Assembly: GCA_977862235.1 (NCBI GenBank)
Contig: OZ374562.1
Location: forward strand, 2,790,001-2,854,000
Origin: Dudresnaya verticillata
Taxonomy: Eukaryota
DNA: 64,000 bases
Reading direction: 5' to 3'
A program made the translations under genes and the position numbers. Under the pieces are notes generated by a model that was not told the origin of the DNA, searched no databases, and saw only the letters and a list, made by a program, of their open reading frames with translations. Below, in pieces: positions 13,282 through 26,800 of this stretch. The first letter of the stretch is position 1, and each line of letters opens with the position of its first letter.

Positions 13282-14899
13282 AGCCACATGTCTCGTCTTG
13301 CAGTCCACAGGGAATTTGCGTGGCTGCGAACGACTCTTGTTCCGCGTGTACCTGGTCCTCTTCTAGAGTAATGACTCACTGCATCTTTTCGAAATCTCAA
13401 TATGGTTCACCTTATAAAAACGAACGAGCTACACCGGGAACTCATGGTGCTAGACTATGTGGTGACAACCTCTATGCATAAATATATACACACCCAGTCT
13501 CGTACCCCATCTTTTGTCGGCTCCCTCTGTGCTTCCTCCACACCCATTCAAGTGACTAGCAGCAATCTCCCATGTCTTGAAAGTTTACTCTACGTCCTAA
13601 AAGCTTCTATCTTAGAGCCCTCTACACCCAAGCATGCAACGATGTCAGTTCCCTCCTCAAGTAGGCATAGGCAAGTTTATTAACATTATTTTCAGTAGGG
13701 TCTCTTTATCCTTCTCTTTTCTCTCTCTCTCATATATGGTCTGAATTCCTCCCGCAGAATATCAGTAACAATACCCAAACACTCACTCTCTCGCTCTGAC
13801 ATGACCATTATATGCAAATAACAATTCCCTGCATTTTCAACTTCTCGGCAAGCCCTGTCCTGTATTCAACGTCACTTGCAGTTCAGTTTAGAATTATGAA
13901 AGACAACTCACGCCTTTGCACACAATGATCGGAGTGCGGTGACAGAAAATGTGTTTTACACAGATCAATGCCAAAAATCTCTGTCGACGAACCAACATCG
14001 CTCCGTACACTCGAAGGGATTTTTCCTTAGGGTCGTAGGCATGTCCCAGAACTCTCCATCCGGGAAAGCCTCAAAGCCATCCTGAGGTTACCTGTTTCTT
14101 GGAATAGGCAACAATTTGGTAAGTGTGACGCCAAGCACCTCATCTCCTCGTCAATAGTGTGGACGAAGACAGTAAGCCGTTGCCCAGTGTCGCTGAAAAG
14201 GACAAGGGAAACCCTGTCGTACGAGCGACACTTCTGGAAGGCAAGGCGTAACAGGCTCTTGATGAGGAGGGAGCCCCTGAGGCCGTGAGCTGGGGAGGAC
14301 GAGGGGAGAAGAGGAGTACCACTCGGGGACGAAGAACAAGATCGACTACCTTCTAGAGTGGTCTCCGAAGTTCGCTTTGTAGACGAGGAGCATGGCCAGA
14401 GAGCCTGGAATCTGGGGCACGATGCCCGAGTCCGAGGGGCACGGCCGTGGGCCGACCGCTGGCAACCCCGTCCCATTGTTTGCGGGCAGTAAACTGACGT
14501 CATCGGGCGCGCGACACGCAATTTCAGCGCCGAGGTGTTGCCGCTTTTTCTGTTCTTTCCTGTTCGAGCGCGATGACGTTCGTTCGCGGAGCGTTAGCGA
14601 GCGACTCTCTTTACTCTGTGCATGCGCGGATCGTGGCATAAGCACTCTTACGGAGCCGTCATTTGCACGCGGCTATGATGCTTGGACTGCCATTTGTTAA
14701 CACCTTTGCTGCGTTTGTAGTTCCCTAGCTCGGTCCTGTCAGTACTCCTTCGTGATGAGACAGGTCCATTTGCATGGTGTAGTAGGCCCATGAATGTAAT
14801 TCATGTGCTGTTTTCGAGCTCTTTTCAAGGATGTATCTAAGTATGGTCCGGGACTTGATATCCGAAGCGTGAAACAGAGCACGGTATATCCAAGTTGTG

Positions 14900-15007
14900 G
14901 GTGTACACTGCTCTCGAGCTTCGCATGAGCACCCACCCGCGGGACTCGATCCCACGACCTCCATGGCGGACCAAGCAAAAAGAAGCCATTGTGATGCTAC
15001 CTGCTTA
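14900..15007 (-). repeat. tRNA-like short repeat (candidate SINE), copy 1
   Basis: Reverse complement reads gtagcatcacaatgg...tggtccgccatggaggtcgtGGGATCGAGTCCCgcgggtgggtgctc; A-box-like and B-box-like motifs; homologous to 18031-18135. Confidence 0.5.
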
Positions 15008-15781
15008 AGATCCTACCTCAGTAGGTATCTACATGGGACACCTACTTTCTTTGCTAGAAAATATTATGTTATAAAGACAAGTCTAGCATACCCTGGATTC
15101 GATATGCATGAAATCTATGGTATTTGTAGCTACAAGCCGGGCCTCAGCTCAAATGTTTTAAGCAACACAATCCGGAAACGTAGAACTGCTGCTCTATTGC
15201 AATACAAGAGAGAACTAATTCACCACTTGCAGACCTCCCTGCCTGTCCCTTCCTCCCCCAACACTTTTAATGAAATCAGGATGTTTGACTCCTAGAACGC
15301 GAGGTGTTCTACCCTGGTTTCCTTGATGAGAGGGCTGGGTGCCTACGTACCGGGTGCACGGCTCGGCCGTAACTGCGCGCGTGAGCAAGCAGTTCACAAG
15401 GAGATGCATAAAGCCGAAACGCCAGAGTGTTTTCAGTTTAATGAGAGCTCAGAGTCCAGCAGTTGTGGCCCCGTTCGGGGCGGCGGAGTACGCGCGATGT
15501 CGAAAGAGCGACTGGTGGACCTGTGGTCCCGACGAGGGACAATTGCGTCGTACAGTAATTGGTAATTTGTGTACGGTGCTTTTGGCGCGAATGGTGTGGC
15601 CCGCCTGTGGAGTGTTGTGTTTCTTCGGCGGTTCGCGCGAGTGACAGAGGCTTCATAAACAAACACTCTCTCTATAACCTTCCCGCATACAAAGCCCACC
15701 GCCACCCCCCAAAGCCCAACCTCAACAGCCCACCTGCCCGTGGCCTCTTCCCACTTCTCCGGCATTGCCCACGACACCAAC

Positions 15782-16195
15782 ATGCCGCACGGTCGTAAGC
15801 GCTCTTCCTCCGGCAGCCGCCAGTCGCACAATGAAAAGCGTCCCAGCAGTCCCAGCAGTCCCAGCACCCCATGCGTCAACGGGTGCGGCTCTTTCGGCAT
15901 ACCGGACAAGCGTGGATACTGCTACATCTGCTACACGCGCTATGCGGGCCGTGGCGAAGTGCCCTCCGCTCCGCAGGCCCAGAGCCACGCGGCGCCTTCG
16001 CGCCCGCCAAATCCGCCGCCAATGATGTTGGACCAGAAAAAGAACCGGTGCCAGAAGTGTGGTAAGAAGGTGGGAATTCTTGGAATCCAGTGCCGCTGCG
16101 AGTACTCCTTTTGCGCTGCGCATCGACAGCCGGAAGAGCATAGTTGCACGTACGACTTCAGCATGTCTGGTCGCTTTTTTAACGGGACGGGGTGA
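15782..16195 (+). CDS. A20/AN1 zinc-finger protein (SAP-like)
   Basis: A20 finger CVNGCGSFGIPDKRGYCYIC; AN1 finger CQKCGKKVGILGIQCRCEYSFCAAHRQPEEHSCTYDF. Confidence 0.9.
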   Translation: MPHGRKRSSSGSRQSHNEKRPSSPSSPSTPCVNGCGSFGIPDKRGYCYICYTRYAGRGEVPSAPQAQSHAAPSRPPNPPPMMLDQKKNRCQKCGKKVGILGIQCRCEYSFCAAHRQPEEHSCTYDFSMSGRFFNGTG

Positions 16196-17156
16196 GGATG
16201 CTGGTACCAGGGGGTAAGAAACATGACAGAGAAGAAGAAGAGAGAGGGAGGGAGGGAGAGGACAAGATATAATAAGGGCTTGATTACTCTGGTCTCTTCC
16301 GTCTTTCTAAGATAGGTGATATCAGGAAGATAGACTTTTTCGGATCACTTGTGTTGCACGCAAGCGGATCCTGTGCAGAACGCAAGTCGAGCTCACTTTG
16401 CTAGTAGAGCAGACATCAGCGTCGTTCAATAAAAACAAAGAAGCGAAACCACTCTCTATGCAATACTTGTTTAACAAGAGGCTGTCACCTCATGGCTAGC
16501 ACCCGGGTTTCCGGCACGAGAGACGAGAGAGACGCATTGAGAAGGTATCAGAGAGCGGTACGTAACAAAATGAAACGAGACTGCCAACTCATTCCGCATG
16601 CCGCGTTAGGACCAATCACTATCTTATCAGCGGATCAATCGCGCCGTGAAGGTACCCGCTCGCACTGAGCACTCCATTGTTTCAGAATGCCCCTTCCGCC
16701 GAGCGCGAAAGGAGGTTCCGCACGCTCTGCGAAGACGCCCCCAACCACGCACCCACCACGCTCACCACCCTCTCGGCGTCTTCCGCACACCTCGCAGTCC
16801 GCCAAGTCGCCCACCGCACTTATCTTCCCATGCCCCGCTGCCGGCCCTATGCCACCCTCCACCTCCCCGGCCCTCACCGGATCGGGCGACACCGAGCTCC
16901 GCACGAGCCCAACCTGCCCGATGTAGTCCATGACCTACCCGCTGTCGTGGTGCGGCACACACCACACCATCACTGCTCTCCTTTCCCGCGCAAACGCAAA
17001 CCAACCCAACCCCAGCGAACCAACCCAGCCCCAGCGGACCACCCCAACCCCAGCGAACCAACCCAGCCCCAGTGGACCACCCCAACTCCAGCGAACCAAC
17101 CACTGCTCTACACTGCATCTGCGGAGCCCTTTCGAGTCCCACGCCATTCCCCCAAA

Positions 17157-17662
17157 ATGGCCAAAGACAACGACACCAACTACTACCACTGCAACTTCCG
17201 CGACAGACCCCCCTTTGCGATTCCCCGGCTGTATCTTGTACGCTTCGGATAGCACGTCTCGCAAGTGCTCGCAGTTCATCTGCAGCAACCACACTCCGCA
17301 AGAAGCCGCACTGCCGCCCGAGCAAATTCAACACCAACGTTCCTCGCCCAAGTCTCCGGCAAGCCCGAACATTCCCTGCAATGACGACATCAACACAATG
17401 GACCGTATCCGCACTCCGACAACGCGAGACAGTCGCAAGAAGAAGAAGAAGAAGAAGAAGAAGAAGAAGAAACGCTGCCACATGCATGTGGAAAAATTCG
17501 GTCTGCTCGCATTGCCGTGCCGCTGCTCCTTCTGTACCGTTATCAACCGTCCATCACCACTGCGAGCTCTATGGCTGCTCCTTTGATTATAAGGCCGATG
17601 CCCGTCGCACCCTGCAAAAGGACAATCCTCGCGTTGTTACCGACAAGACTCACTGGATCTAG
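17157..17662 (+). pseudogene. Frameshifted A20/AN1 pseudogene (paralog of 2967-3482)
   Basis: ATG GCC AAA GAC start; homology continues in a different frame; Zn ligands lost (CHMHVEK); second shift near 17545; ends ...DNPRVVTDKTHWI*. Confidence 0.8.
17437..17469 (+). repeat. (AAG)11 microsatellite
   Basis: Direct read; expanded relative to aagaagaagacgaagaac in the paralog at about 3279. Confidence 0.9.
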
Positions 17663-18030
17663 AGCCTCGTTCCTCATCTTAATGTAGTTCACTGTGCATT
17701 TGCAAAACAACGCTAGCAACCTTTATGTTGCGTGCACCTGGCCTTCCTATTCCGCGAACGTGATGACTGTCTGTACTTTTGTAAAATGTGAATGTGGTCC
17801 ACTTAGTCTCGTCCCCTCATTCTTTAACCGCTACCCCCTGGTCTTCCTTAATACCTATTTAAGTGACGAGCAGTAATCGCAATTGTCGTGGATGTTTGTC
17901 TGCTCCGCTTCTCAAACGCTTCTGTCCCAACGCCCTGTACGAAAGAAAAAACCTCTCCATTGTACATGCCTACTGAAGGTAGAATCTTACGTAGGGGACA
18001 TCACAGCACTACACCAAACAAAGCCGCAAA

Positions 18031-18135
18031 GAAGCGGCAGTAGCTTTGTGGATTATTTTTGCGTGGTCCACCCTGGAGGTTGAGGGATCAAGTCCCACGG
18101 GTGCGTGTTCGTGCGGACTGGACAGTAGCCTACAT
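18031..18135 (+). repeat. tRNA-like short repeat (candidate SINE), copy 2
   Basis: gtagctttgtgg...gcgtggtccaccctggaggttgaGGGATCAAGTCCCacgggtgcgtgttc; homologous to the reverse complement of 14900-15007. Confidence 0.5.
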
Positions 18136-19541
18136 CTTTCTCTCTCGTACTAGGCGTATGGAAGTTTACTAACCTTGTTTTCCGGTATAGTCTCTCTCTT
18201 TTCTCTCTCCCGTACATATGGTCTGACTTCCTCCAGCAAAATACCCAAACAGTCTCTACCTCCCTGAGACGTTTTCAATATGTGCGAAAAAGAATTGCTC
18301 GCCATTTCAACTTCTTCTCAATGTCCCGTCTAGTAATATATTAAGCGTCAATTGCAGTTCAATTTTTTTGTTGCGTGGAACTGGAAGCTATTTGGTAAGA
18401 TCTTATGCAAGCCTTTATATCTCTGTATTCTTCTACGATACTTGGACTTTCGTTGTTAGTCGATCTCTGCGTGCGTTTGTGGACCAGAGCTCTTTTTTGT
18501 CAGTCCTCCTTCTGTCGGGTGTCATTGCGATGCAGTCGCAGACCTCAATGTAATTCATATGCTGATTTGGAGTCCTTCTCAAGAATGTTGTACCTAAATA
18601 TGGGATGGTACCTGGTACATGTACGTGGGATCCCAAGCTTGTCACGATTTATGCAAACAGTGGCATAACTAATTTCTTTCCCAGACAAAGGCATTTAATA
18701 AATGCAAGTTCCTGCAAAAATCACAGACTGGATATGCTTGCAATCCATGGCATATCCACAAGCTGGACCACGGCAAAAGGCTTTGTGTAGCACGACTCAA
18801 AAGCGTAGAACTGCTAGCAACATCTCATACATAGCCCTGAAGCCCATTGTTCTCAACCAACCCCACCATTTACGGCGCTTGTTGACCTAGCTCATGTCAA
18901 CTCATCCTCAATTGCACCAAAGCAGCACAGATAATATCATTTAAAGCGAACGCTTCCTCTCCGCACCCCCAGTCTGCTCTCCTCAGAAGTGCTCTTCTAG
19001 TGCAACGCAAGGGAGAACTAATTGTAATTCATCAATGTTTCCACCCACGCATGCCGTCGCCTTCTATGCGACAATTCGAAGCATTATGCGACACTCTCTG
19101 CGCCTGCTCACTAGTCACCTGACCGCCGCTTCACCCCACACCTTGTGCCGGAAACGCTTTTGCTGTTTACAGTCACCGTGTGGGGGTGGTATCACCGCGA
19201 AGCCATTCTTGGTCAGAAACAGTGTATCGCACTGGACGGTTACAAGCACATAAGCCCATTCGATCCAATAATTTCAACGGGTTTGAAGCGTCAAACCGAT
19301 ACAACGCAAGCCGCACAGTGTGAGGACATAGTTACATTTTACGCACACTCACCTCACACAATAGATCTTTATACTCAAAAATTTGGGTACTTAGAGACCT
19401 TCCCGCCTGTCCCTTACCCTCGCAACACTCTCCACCACAGCCTTCCCACATCCAAAGCCCACCCCACCCCAAAGCCCAGCCTCAACAGCCCACCTGCCCC
19501 TCACCTCTTCCCACTTGTCGTGCACCCCCCAAGGCACCACC

Positions 19542-19967
19542 ATGTCGCACGGTGGCAAGGCCTCCTCTTCCTCCAACGGACACTCTTCCTCGCGCAGCCG
19601 CACGCCGAACAAGAACGACAATCCCAGCAGTCCCAGAACCCCATGCGCCAATGGGTGTGGCTCTTTCGGCATGTCGCTCAAGCGGGGATATTGCTACACC
19701 TGCTCCGAGCGCAACGCCGGCCGCGGCGATGGGCCCTCCGCTCCGCAGGCCCCGAGGCGGGCGCTCCCTCCCCGCCCGCCGACACCGCCGCCCATGATGT
19801 TGGACCAGAGAAAGAACCGTTGCCATAAGTGTGGCGAGAAGGTGGGGCTTCTTGGAACCCCGTGTCACTGTGGGTACTTCTTTTGCGCTGTGCATCGACA
19901 GCCTGAAGAGCATTGTTGCACGTACAACTTCGGTGCGTCTGGTCGGTCTTGCAACGGAACAGGATGA
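19542..19967 (+). CDS. A20/AN1 zinc-finger protein (paralog of 15782-16195)
   Basis: CANGCGSFGMSLKRGYCYTC; CHKCGEKVGLLGTPCHCGYFFCAVHRQPEEHCCTYNF. Confidence 0.9.
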   Translation: MSHGGKASSSSNGHSSSRSRTPNKNDNPSSPRTPCANGCGSFGMSLKRGYCYTCSERNAGRGDGPSAPQAPRRALPPRPPTPPPMMLDQRKNRCHKCGEKVGLLGTPCHCGYFFCAVHRQPEEHCCTYNFGASGRSCNGTG

Positions 19968-20929
19968 TGATACTGGTACTAGCGGGTATGAAACATTGCA
20001 AGATGTGATGTGGAGTTATGCTAATTTCTCAAGTCGCTTCCGTCTTTCCAAGATAGCTGCTAGCAGGAAGATGGGTTTTCATTAGGACCATTTTGTTTGG
20101 ACACAACCGGATTCTTCGTAGAATTGTTACAGCAGAATGCAAGTGGGACTCGTTTTTCCAGTGCAGCGGGCATCACTGTTCAATAAAATAATGAACCCAA
20201 AGCACACTCCAAGCAGTATTTTGGACACAATTGAGGCTTCCGAGGCATATGCGCTGAACGCTTCGCGGCCATGCGGAGGCCACTGATTTTTTCTATGAAT
20301 AAATGTTCCTTCTCTCTCGACCTCATATGTGCCATTGAGAAAGCAGGTACGTGCGTCAATTGAGCAGTGCCCTCGATACGGTTCCATATGTGTAATGACA
20401 GCGACGATCGAAAGCAGTGCTGCAACACAGTGTAAAGAATAGTCTGCATGTTTAGGTAGAGGGCGTAGAAAAGTATTAAAATAGAACAATAGAGGATGTT
20501 AATATGCGGTTAACTTGTTGAGGGTTATCTATTACTTTCTATCATGAGCCTTGCTACATAGTTTTCAGTCTTTTAGTTTCCATTCCACTATTATTACTAC
20601 TATTATACTCCTGGCAATCTGGCATTTGGCCTTTTCAATTCCTCCAAGTAGCGTATTGACAGCAAAGTTTTGATTAAATCGCTTTAGCTGATTAAAGCTG
20701 GTGTCCTTTGCGATATTCTTAGTTTGGTAATATGGGGTAAAACTACTACTATTTGATTCAGAAGAGAACAACAACAACGGAAACATTTATGTTATAGTCA
20801 AGAAGGCTAGTTTATTGACATAAAAAATATAATATAACACAAGTCTGTACATGCAGTGATACAGACTTGATGATGCACTACGACATCAGCGATAGCAAGG
20901 ATGCGCATCAGGCAGGTCGAGCGACGCCT

Positions 20930-21133
20930 TCAAATTTTGTTGATCTTTTTGGCAACGATGGTGGGATTGTTGTTGCGAATCGTTTCCCGCGCGTCGGCCT
21001 TGTAGTCGAAGGAGCATCCATGGTCCTCCGGATGGAAATGGGTCCAGCAAAAGCGGAGGCCACAGCGGCACGTAGTGGCAGCACCGACGACGCTGATCTT
21101 CTTTTTGCAGTGGTGGCAACGGGCCTTCGTCAT
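20930..21133 (-). CDS. Small AN1-only zinc-finger protein (67 aa)
   Basis: MTKARCHHCKKKISVVGAATTCRCGLRFCWTHFHPEDHGCSFDYKADARETIRNNNPTIVAKKINKI; an upstream exon cannot be excluded. Confidence 0.85.
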   Translation of the reverse strand: MTKARCHHCKKKISVVGAATTCRCGLRFCWTHFHPEDHGCSFDYKADARETIRNNNPTIVAKKINKI

Positions 21134-22214
21134 TATGTCTGTTGGTGAGAAAATGAGAGAATGTTTTCTTCTTCTTTTTTTTTGGAAGAGGGGTGGGTGG
21201 TGTGAATTGAATTGGAATGTGGGTTGGGATGAGAGCTGCAAGAGTTTCGAGTGACGTGGTGAGAGGAGCAGGTTATATCGAAACGGGGCTTTGCGTAGTT
21301 TGCTTCAATATAGCGAATATAGAAATGGATGCGGCATAAAAACGGAGTGGAGCCGCTCGGACAGGACGTGTTTCTGTTTATGTTTCTGGTTCGACTCACC
21401 GCAGACAGACGTCGGCGGGTGTGGAAGCGGTGTGAAGACGGAACGAGCGCAGATGCCGCGAGAGCGGCCGCGTTTGATTCGTACAAGACGCTTGATGGGA
21501 ACATAACCGGATGCGACGGTGACGGTGTGTGTACAGGTGAGCGCTGTACGCAGCGCGCGAGAATGCCGAAGGCAAACGCGCTTCTGTCGCAGGTGACATG
21601 CGCAATTGTTGTCGTGCGTGCGTGGCGGTTATGTAAGAAGCGGGTTGGAAGCGTGGGCGAAGGACGGGCGGGCGGGTGGACGGCTGACTAGTCGCAATCC
21701 GTTCCTCTAGCCGCGCGATGTCCCGACGAGGAAAATGTGTAGGCGGCGGGCGGCGGTGAAGGCATTCAGGACGGGGACATATGCGCGCGGTGGGAAGTGA
21801 CGAGATAAACGTTTGCTCGATCGATGAAGCAACGAGCTGTGTCCGTCCCAAGGGGAGGACCGCGCCGTTGTCATCTCTGCGCAGCGAATTAATACGGCAC
21901 ACGCGGCCGAAATGGGGCACACTCGCCGTGTGCCGCGCGCGTGCGCAAATCACACAGTCCGCGCCCCCATTGGACCGCGCCAGCAGACCTCGTCAGAGGC
22001 GTCGCGACGTGTTCCACGGCCCGAAGAGCTGCCGCCGCCGTCACCGGCTTAGCTGCACATGTACCACTGTTTTGGATACATACAACTGCTCTAAGCGAAC
22101 AGCTTCGCAAAGCTGTGTCTTTTCCGCTCCGCCTCTCCGCTCTACAAATATCAACCGCCGTCCCCCTCCCGCCGCCATCCCCACGCCACCGCCCCACCCA
22201 CCACCAACTTCACA

Positions 22215-22754
22215 ATGGCGTCGCAACCACGCCCCGCCCGCACCTCCACAGCGACGTCGCAACCAACCACCGCCCGCACCTCCACAGCGTCGTCGCAACC
22301 ACCGCCACCGCCACCGCCACCGCCACCGCCACCGCCACCGCCCATCACGCCCGCCCCAACCTCAACAACCGCCATCCTAGCCAAGACCGCGCACCTGCGC
22401 GACCTCACGGACAACGGGCTGTCCAAGACCCGTCTGCGCCTCACGTCGCTGCGCCGCCGCTCCAAGCGCGTCACGGTGCAAGCAACGCGCAGCTCGCTCT
22501 CGGACACGCTCTTCCACGCCCCGTTCTCGCCCACCCCGACCTACACCCCGCTGCAGTTCGCCCACGTCACCCCGACGCACCCGCACATCGCGCGCCAGTC
22601 ACACGCGCTCGAAGTCGCGCTCCTCGGCATGTCCGTCACCCCGCAGGACACTCTGGCCGGTAACAAAAACGAGCTCCTGCTCTACTCGCTCAAGAACGAC
22701 CCCGACTTTTCATGCCCTGAGCCTGCTGAAAGCGATGCGCACCAGCAGCAGCAC

Positions 22755-22810
<56 letters not shown>

Positions 22811-23825
22811 CCCGTCTAGCAGCAGCAGCGGCTTTGCCATCGACCAGGCAGACCTCCCGTTCATCCACTACGACCCGGTGCTCGACGGCCACGAGGCCGG
22901 CACCATCCCGGACACGTTCGTCCCCGTCCCGGCCTCCAAGTCGCTCTACCTGCGGCGCCAACCCACTAGCCCTACTGCCGACAAATCTCGTATCGTGTCC
23001 ATCCGCTTTAGCATTCTCGAGATTGACCGCGTCACCGACAGCCAGGCCCGCGCTGTGATGGGCTTCGACAATCTCAAGAGCCAGCTCTCTGGCCCTGTCC
23101 CGTACACAGAGCTTGTTTCCAGCGTCTTCGGCGTGGCCACCGCTCTCGGAAAAAAGGCACTTCGCAAATATTCAAAGCCCGACCATGTCATGACCAAGGA
23201 CGTCGAGTTCATCCTTGGCGAGGACGCAGGCAGCCCCCAGGGTGATTTCAGTGGCGGCGGTGCCACTTCTTCAGAGGAGGATGACAGCATCTACAAGCCT
23301 CCTGTCACGGGTAACTTCTTGCGGGTAAGTTTAACTGTTTGCAGGAGAAATTTTGTCAGGCAAGACCACATGTTTCTCCTGATGTTTGGTACGACAATGA
23401 CACCGAATCTAACCCTACATGTGTATGTTTTTCCATCCTCCTTCTCTATACTACCTCTTTCATAGTACGGATACTATTTCTTCCTGAGCAAAAAGGTCGA
23501 TGCGCAGCTATATGCGCAAACGAGTGCATCGCCCCAATCTGTGCGTCTACTGATGAAGCGCGAGCCATACACGAAGGAGATGGCGGCGAGGGGTGAGAAG
23601 GAGTACTTCCCCCTAACGGGGGTGAGCTACGTGGTGATGCGAGTGAGCCGAGGTTGCCAACACGCGTCGATGGATGATCGTAAGTGCCTCGCAAAGGAGC
23701 ATAAGCGGCGCCTGCTTGAAACCGTGCAGCTTAGCGATATTGTGGAGATGCTGTCTGGGATGAAGATTCGCAAGCGCGGTGAACCTTGGATTTCTTCGCG
23801 ACAACGAAAGCCTGGTGCGGTTTAA
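22215..23825 (+). CDS. Hypothetical protein (about 489 aa), two exons 22215-23324 and 23466-23825, with polyP and polyQ tracts
   Basis: GC3-rich ORF; intron 23325-23465 has GTAAGT donor, CTAAC branch-like motif near 23409, pyrimidine tract and CATAG acceptor; splicing joins in frame to the 23541 ORF. Confidence 0.8.
22758..22808 (+). repeat. (CAG)17 polyglutamine tract
   Basis: Direct read. Confidence 0.95.
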
Positions 23826-26800
23826 GGTCGATTTCCATACGCCTGATCTCCTAACTCAAGCTAACCGCATGTTGTACCTATGATATATTGACTAGAGCCT
23901 CTCTCTCTCTCTCTACCTTTTCTGCTTATTGCTTACTTTCTCGCGTGCTAAATTATAGGGATGCAAACCGGTAAACCCAACAACATCTTCACGTCTACAA
24001 ACTCTTCCTTAATGTCCGACTCTAATATGTACGCGACGACGCGAACGTGGAGAAGCGAGAGGCTGCAATAATTGTTATGACAAATTTATAGGCTGCTTGG
24101 TGGCCCACAAAATGCCGCCCGCAGCTGCGACGGAACTTTCGTGAGAGAAAACTTTCCATACTGTGACTATAGAGCGGAGTCTCTGCTGAGCGGAGAGGCA
24201 CCACAATTGCGCTGCGCGGCTGCAATGACCGCTTATGTTTACGGGTACTTCCAGAGGGTCACCACGAAATGTTTAGTTTCCATCAAAACCTACGAGTCCC
24301 TCATATCCAAACTACTGAAAAGATCGACGAGATAGAGATTGAGATAGCCCATAACGTGCTATGTGTAACGGGGAGCGAGCTGATTACATGCAACCTAATA
24401 ACAGCATCATGCAGTGTTGAAGAACATGATGGCGTTGCTATACGTTATCACCTGGCGAACGAGTCCACGTTCCCCCGAGAGAGCATATCACGTTCCGAGC
24501 GTAGCGAAGCGACAAGGGCACCCATTGCACCCTCTACTGTACAGAGGTATCTGCCTCGTCAAATAGAGAGGAAACCTTGCTGTTGCTGTCAAGGGGTTTT
24601 TAGTCGCCAACGATGAAATCAGCTGCTTCCGTAGACGTTGATCCTCACCCAAAACGGACCAGCAACATGTAAATGTGCTTTCATAATTGATACTCGTTTA
24701 TCCGCCAATCCGTCGATATGCTGGCGAGGAGCTGCTGGGATATACGCCCCTATCCTTTTTAAGACGGAGAGCTTATAATGAATTGGATTGCATAAAACTA
24801 GGTCTAGATTAGAGGAGAAATAGTAGCCTTTACGCGTTGGACAGGTTGGGGGAGGACGAATTAACTCATGCTAACACAGAACTGAGTGAAGTTAACTCTA
24901 CCAAAGTAGGCTCTTCCTCTAGGACCCTGTTCCTGACGTCGTGAAAGGAACTGAACCGAACAGTCTTGGGCCTGAACCTTCTTCGACCGACTCTGACAGT
25001 GATGTTGACCACAGCGTTACTTATCTCGCTTGGTTCCTTTCTGCGGTCCTGAATTGGGCTTGATACTCCTGTGAGCAGGTGCAGTGGTCACGTCGAGAGG
25101 AAGACTGTGACGAAGAAGGTTTTGGACCAACAAAAGAGTATTACAGCATTACTGAGAGAGGCTGGGAGAGTCAAAAGTCACCGTCCTATTGCGAATTCTG
25201 CGGGAAGAGAGGCAAAGAAAATTAATCACCAGGACATCAAGAAGAAGGCATCTAACTTGACGAAGACGAAAATGAGCTCTTTGTTGTCTGAAGTAAGGAA
25301 GGTCATGGAACCTGAAACCAAAAGGAATGCACCGCTAGTTGGGCTCATTGAAGGGATCGAGAATATTTCCGAGAGAGATCAAGCCCTATAGACTGTTCTC
25401 CATGCTTTATGTTTGATGATTATGGATTTAAGCAGCGAGACTTCAGCTCTTCAAAGCCAAATTCAAATCATCAAAGAAGATCAAGGAAGCTACCAATTGC
25501 CAATCTTGCTGTACCCTTCCAGAGAAAGATCGCGCAGAATCATTCTAACAACCGTGGTGCACATGACAGGCTGCCGATGCGAAGGAGAACGAAAAGACCG
25601 TTGCAATAATACAATTCTATTTAAGAGACGAACTCGACGGGGCCAAACTGTACTGAATGGGCTTTTGCACTGAAGTCAAAACTTAACTCTGGTCTGTTAG
25701 CATGCTCTCCAACTCACCCAACTCTCCTTCATAAGCATAATGGCAACATCTCCGTATGGCGTAAGCTTGAGAAAGCTGCACGATTGCAGCTCCACGCCGG
25801 AATATTGGTAAATCGATAGGATTGGTGCGAATCGATCATGGCGTCCTTCCACACAACAGGTGAGGTTGCGGGTGGTTTTTCCGGTGGCAAGGTGTAGGAA
25901 GGGGTCGCTGTGGCGTACACTCTTTGCCGTAACACGATTTTCCGGATCTTGGCTTCTTCTAAAAACAAATTCAAGATGTTATTACGGTAATAAGCAGATC
26001 ATGCAGACTTTTAGAGAAAATAGTGCAACGGGCCTGCTTACCTAATATAAGTAAACGCAGATGAAATACAAAGCGTAACATACATTGTCGGCGGAAATTA
26101 ATTGCTCGCGTTGTAACAAGCGACTGGCAGGCACTCCTGGCTGGGGGTACAGATATACCAATACTCGGAATGTTCGGGTTCCGTTTTTTTTGCACACGCA
26201 GTGTTGCAACACATAGACTCTAAGCATCGTTAAGATAATATTCATGCGGAGTATGGTTCGACATTTGAACTGGAGCCCGCCATGATTAACCCGGATGAAA
26301 GCTACTGCGGGTATAGACAAATACGATATATAAATATGCGGCTGTTTTGATTATTCTAATTCTATCGTTATCGGATGCTCGATTCCGGAGGCCATGGAAG
26401 TGGTCCGGACAAGCAAGGAAAAATCAGTCAGGGACGGAAAGTTGATTCGGTAAAAGGGAGTAAAGGGGTACTTTAGTGCTGCCGGGTGGGGAATGCTGGT
26501 GTTTATCGTCGCCCCTTTTTTCTCTGCCCTTTTTTCTTCTTGCTATCTTCGCTTTCTGTTGCCCGATTAAATACTGTGTCGTCGCTTCTCTCGTCGGGCT
26601 CTCTTTGGCCTCGAGCTTTTGCTATTCTTCAGTTTTTCCATCGCTTTCGAGCGATTTGTTTTTACTTTTTCATTTCGTCTTTTAGGCAAAGCATTCGTGT
26701 TGGCTTCCTATTTGGTTTGCAATTAACCGCGTTTGTGTATTTTATTGCTTTCATGCCGCCTGCGATGCATTTGTTCCTGCTTGTATTTTCATTTACCTTC

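Noticed and set aside
23325..23465. C-terminal extension of the 416-aa ORF
   Set aside because: Better explained as a GT-AG intron that joins in frame to the downstream exon
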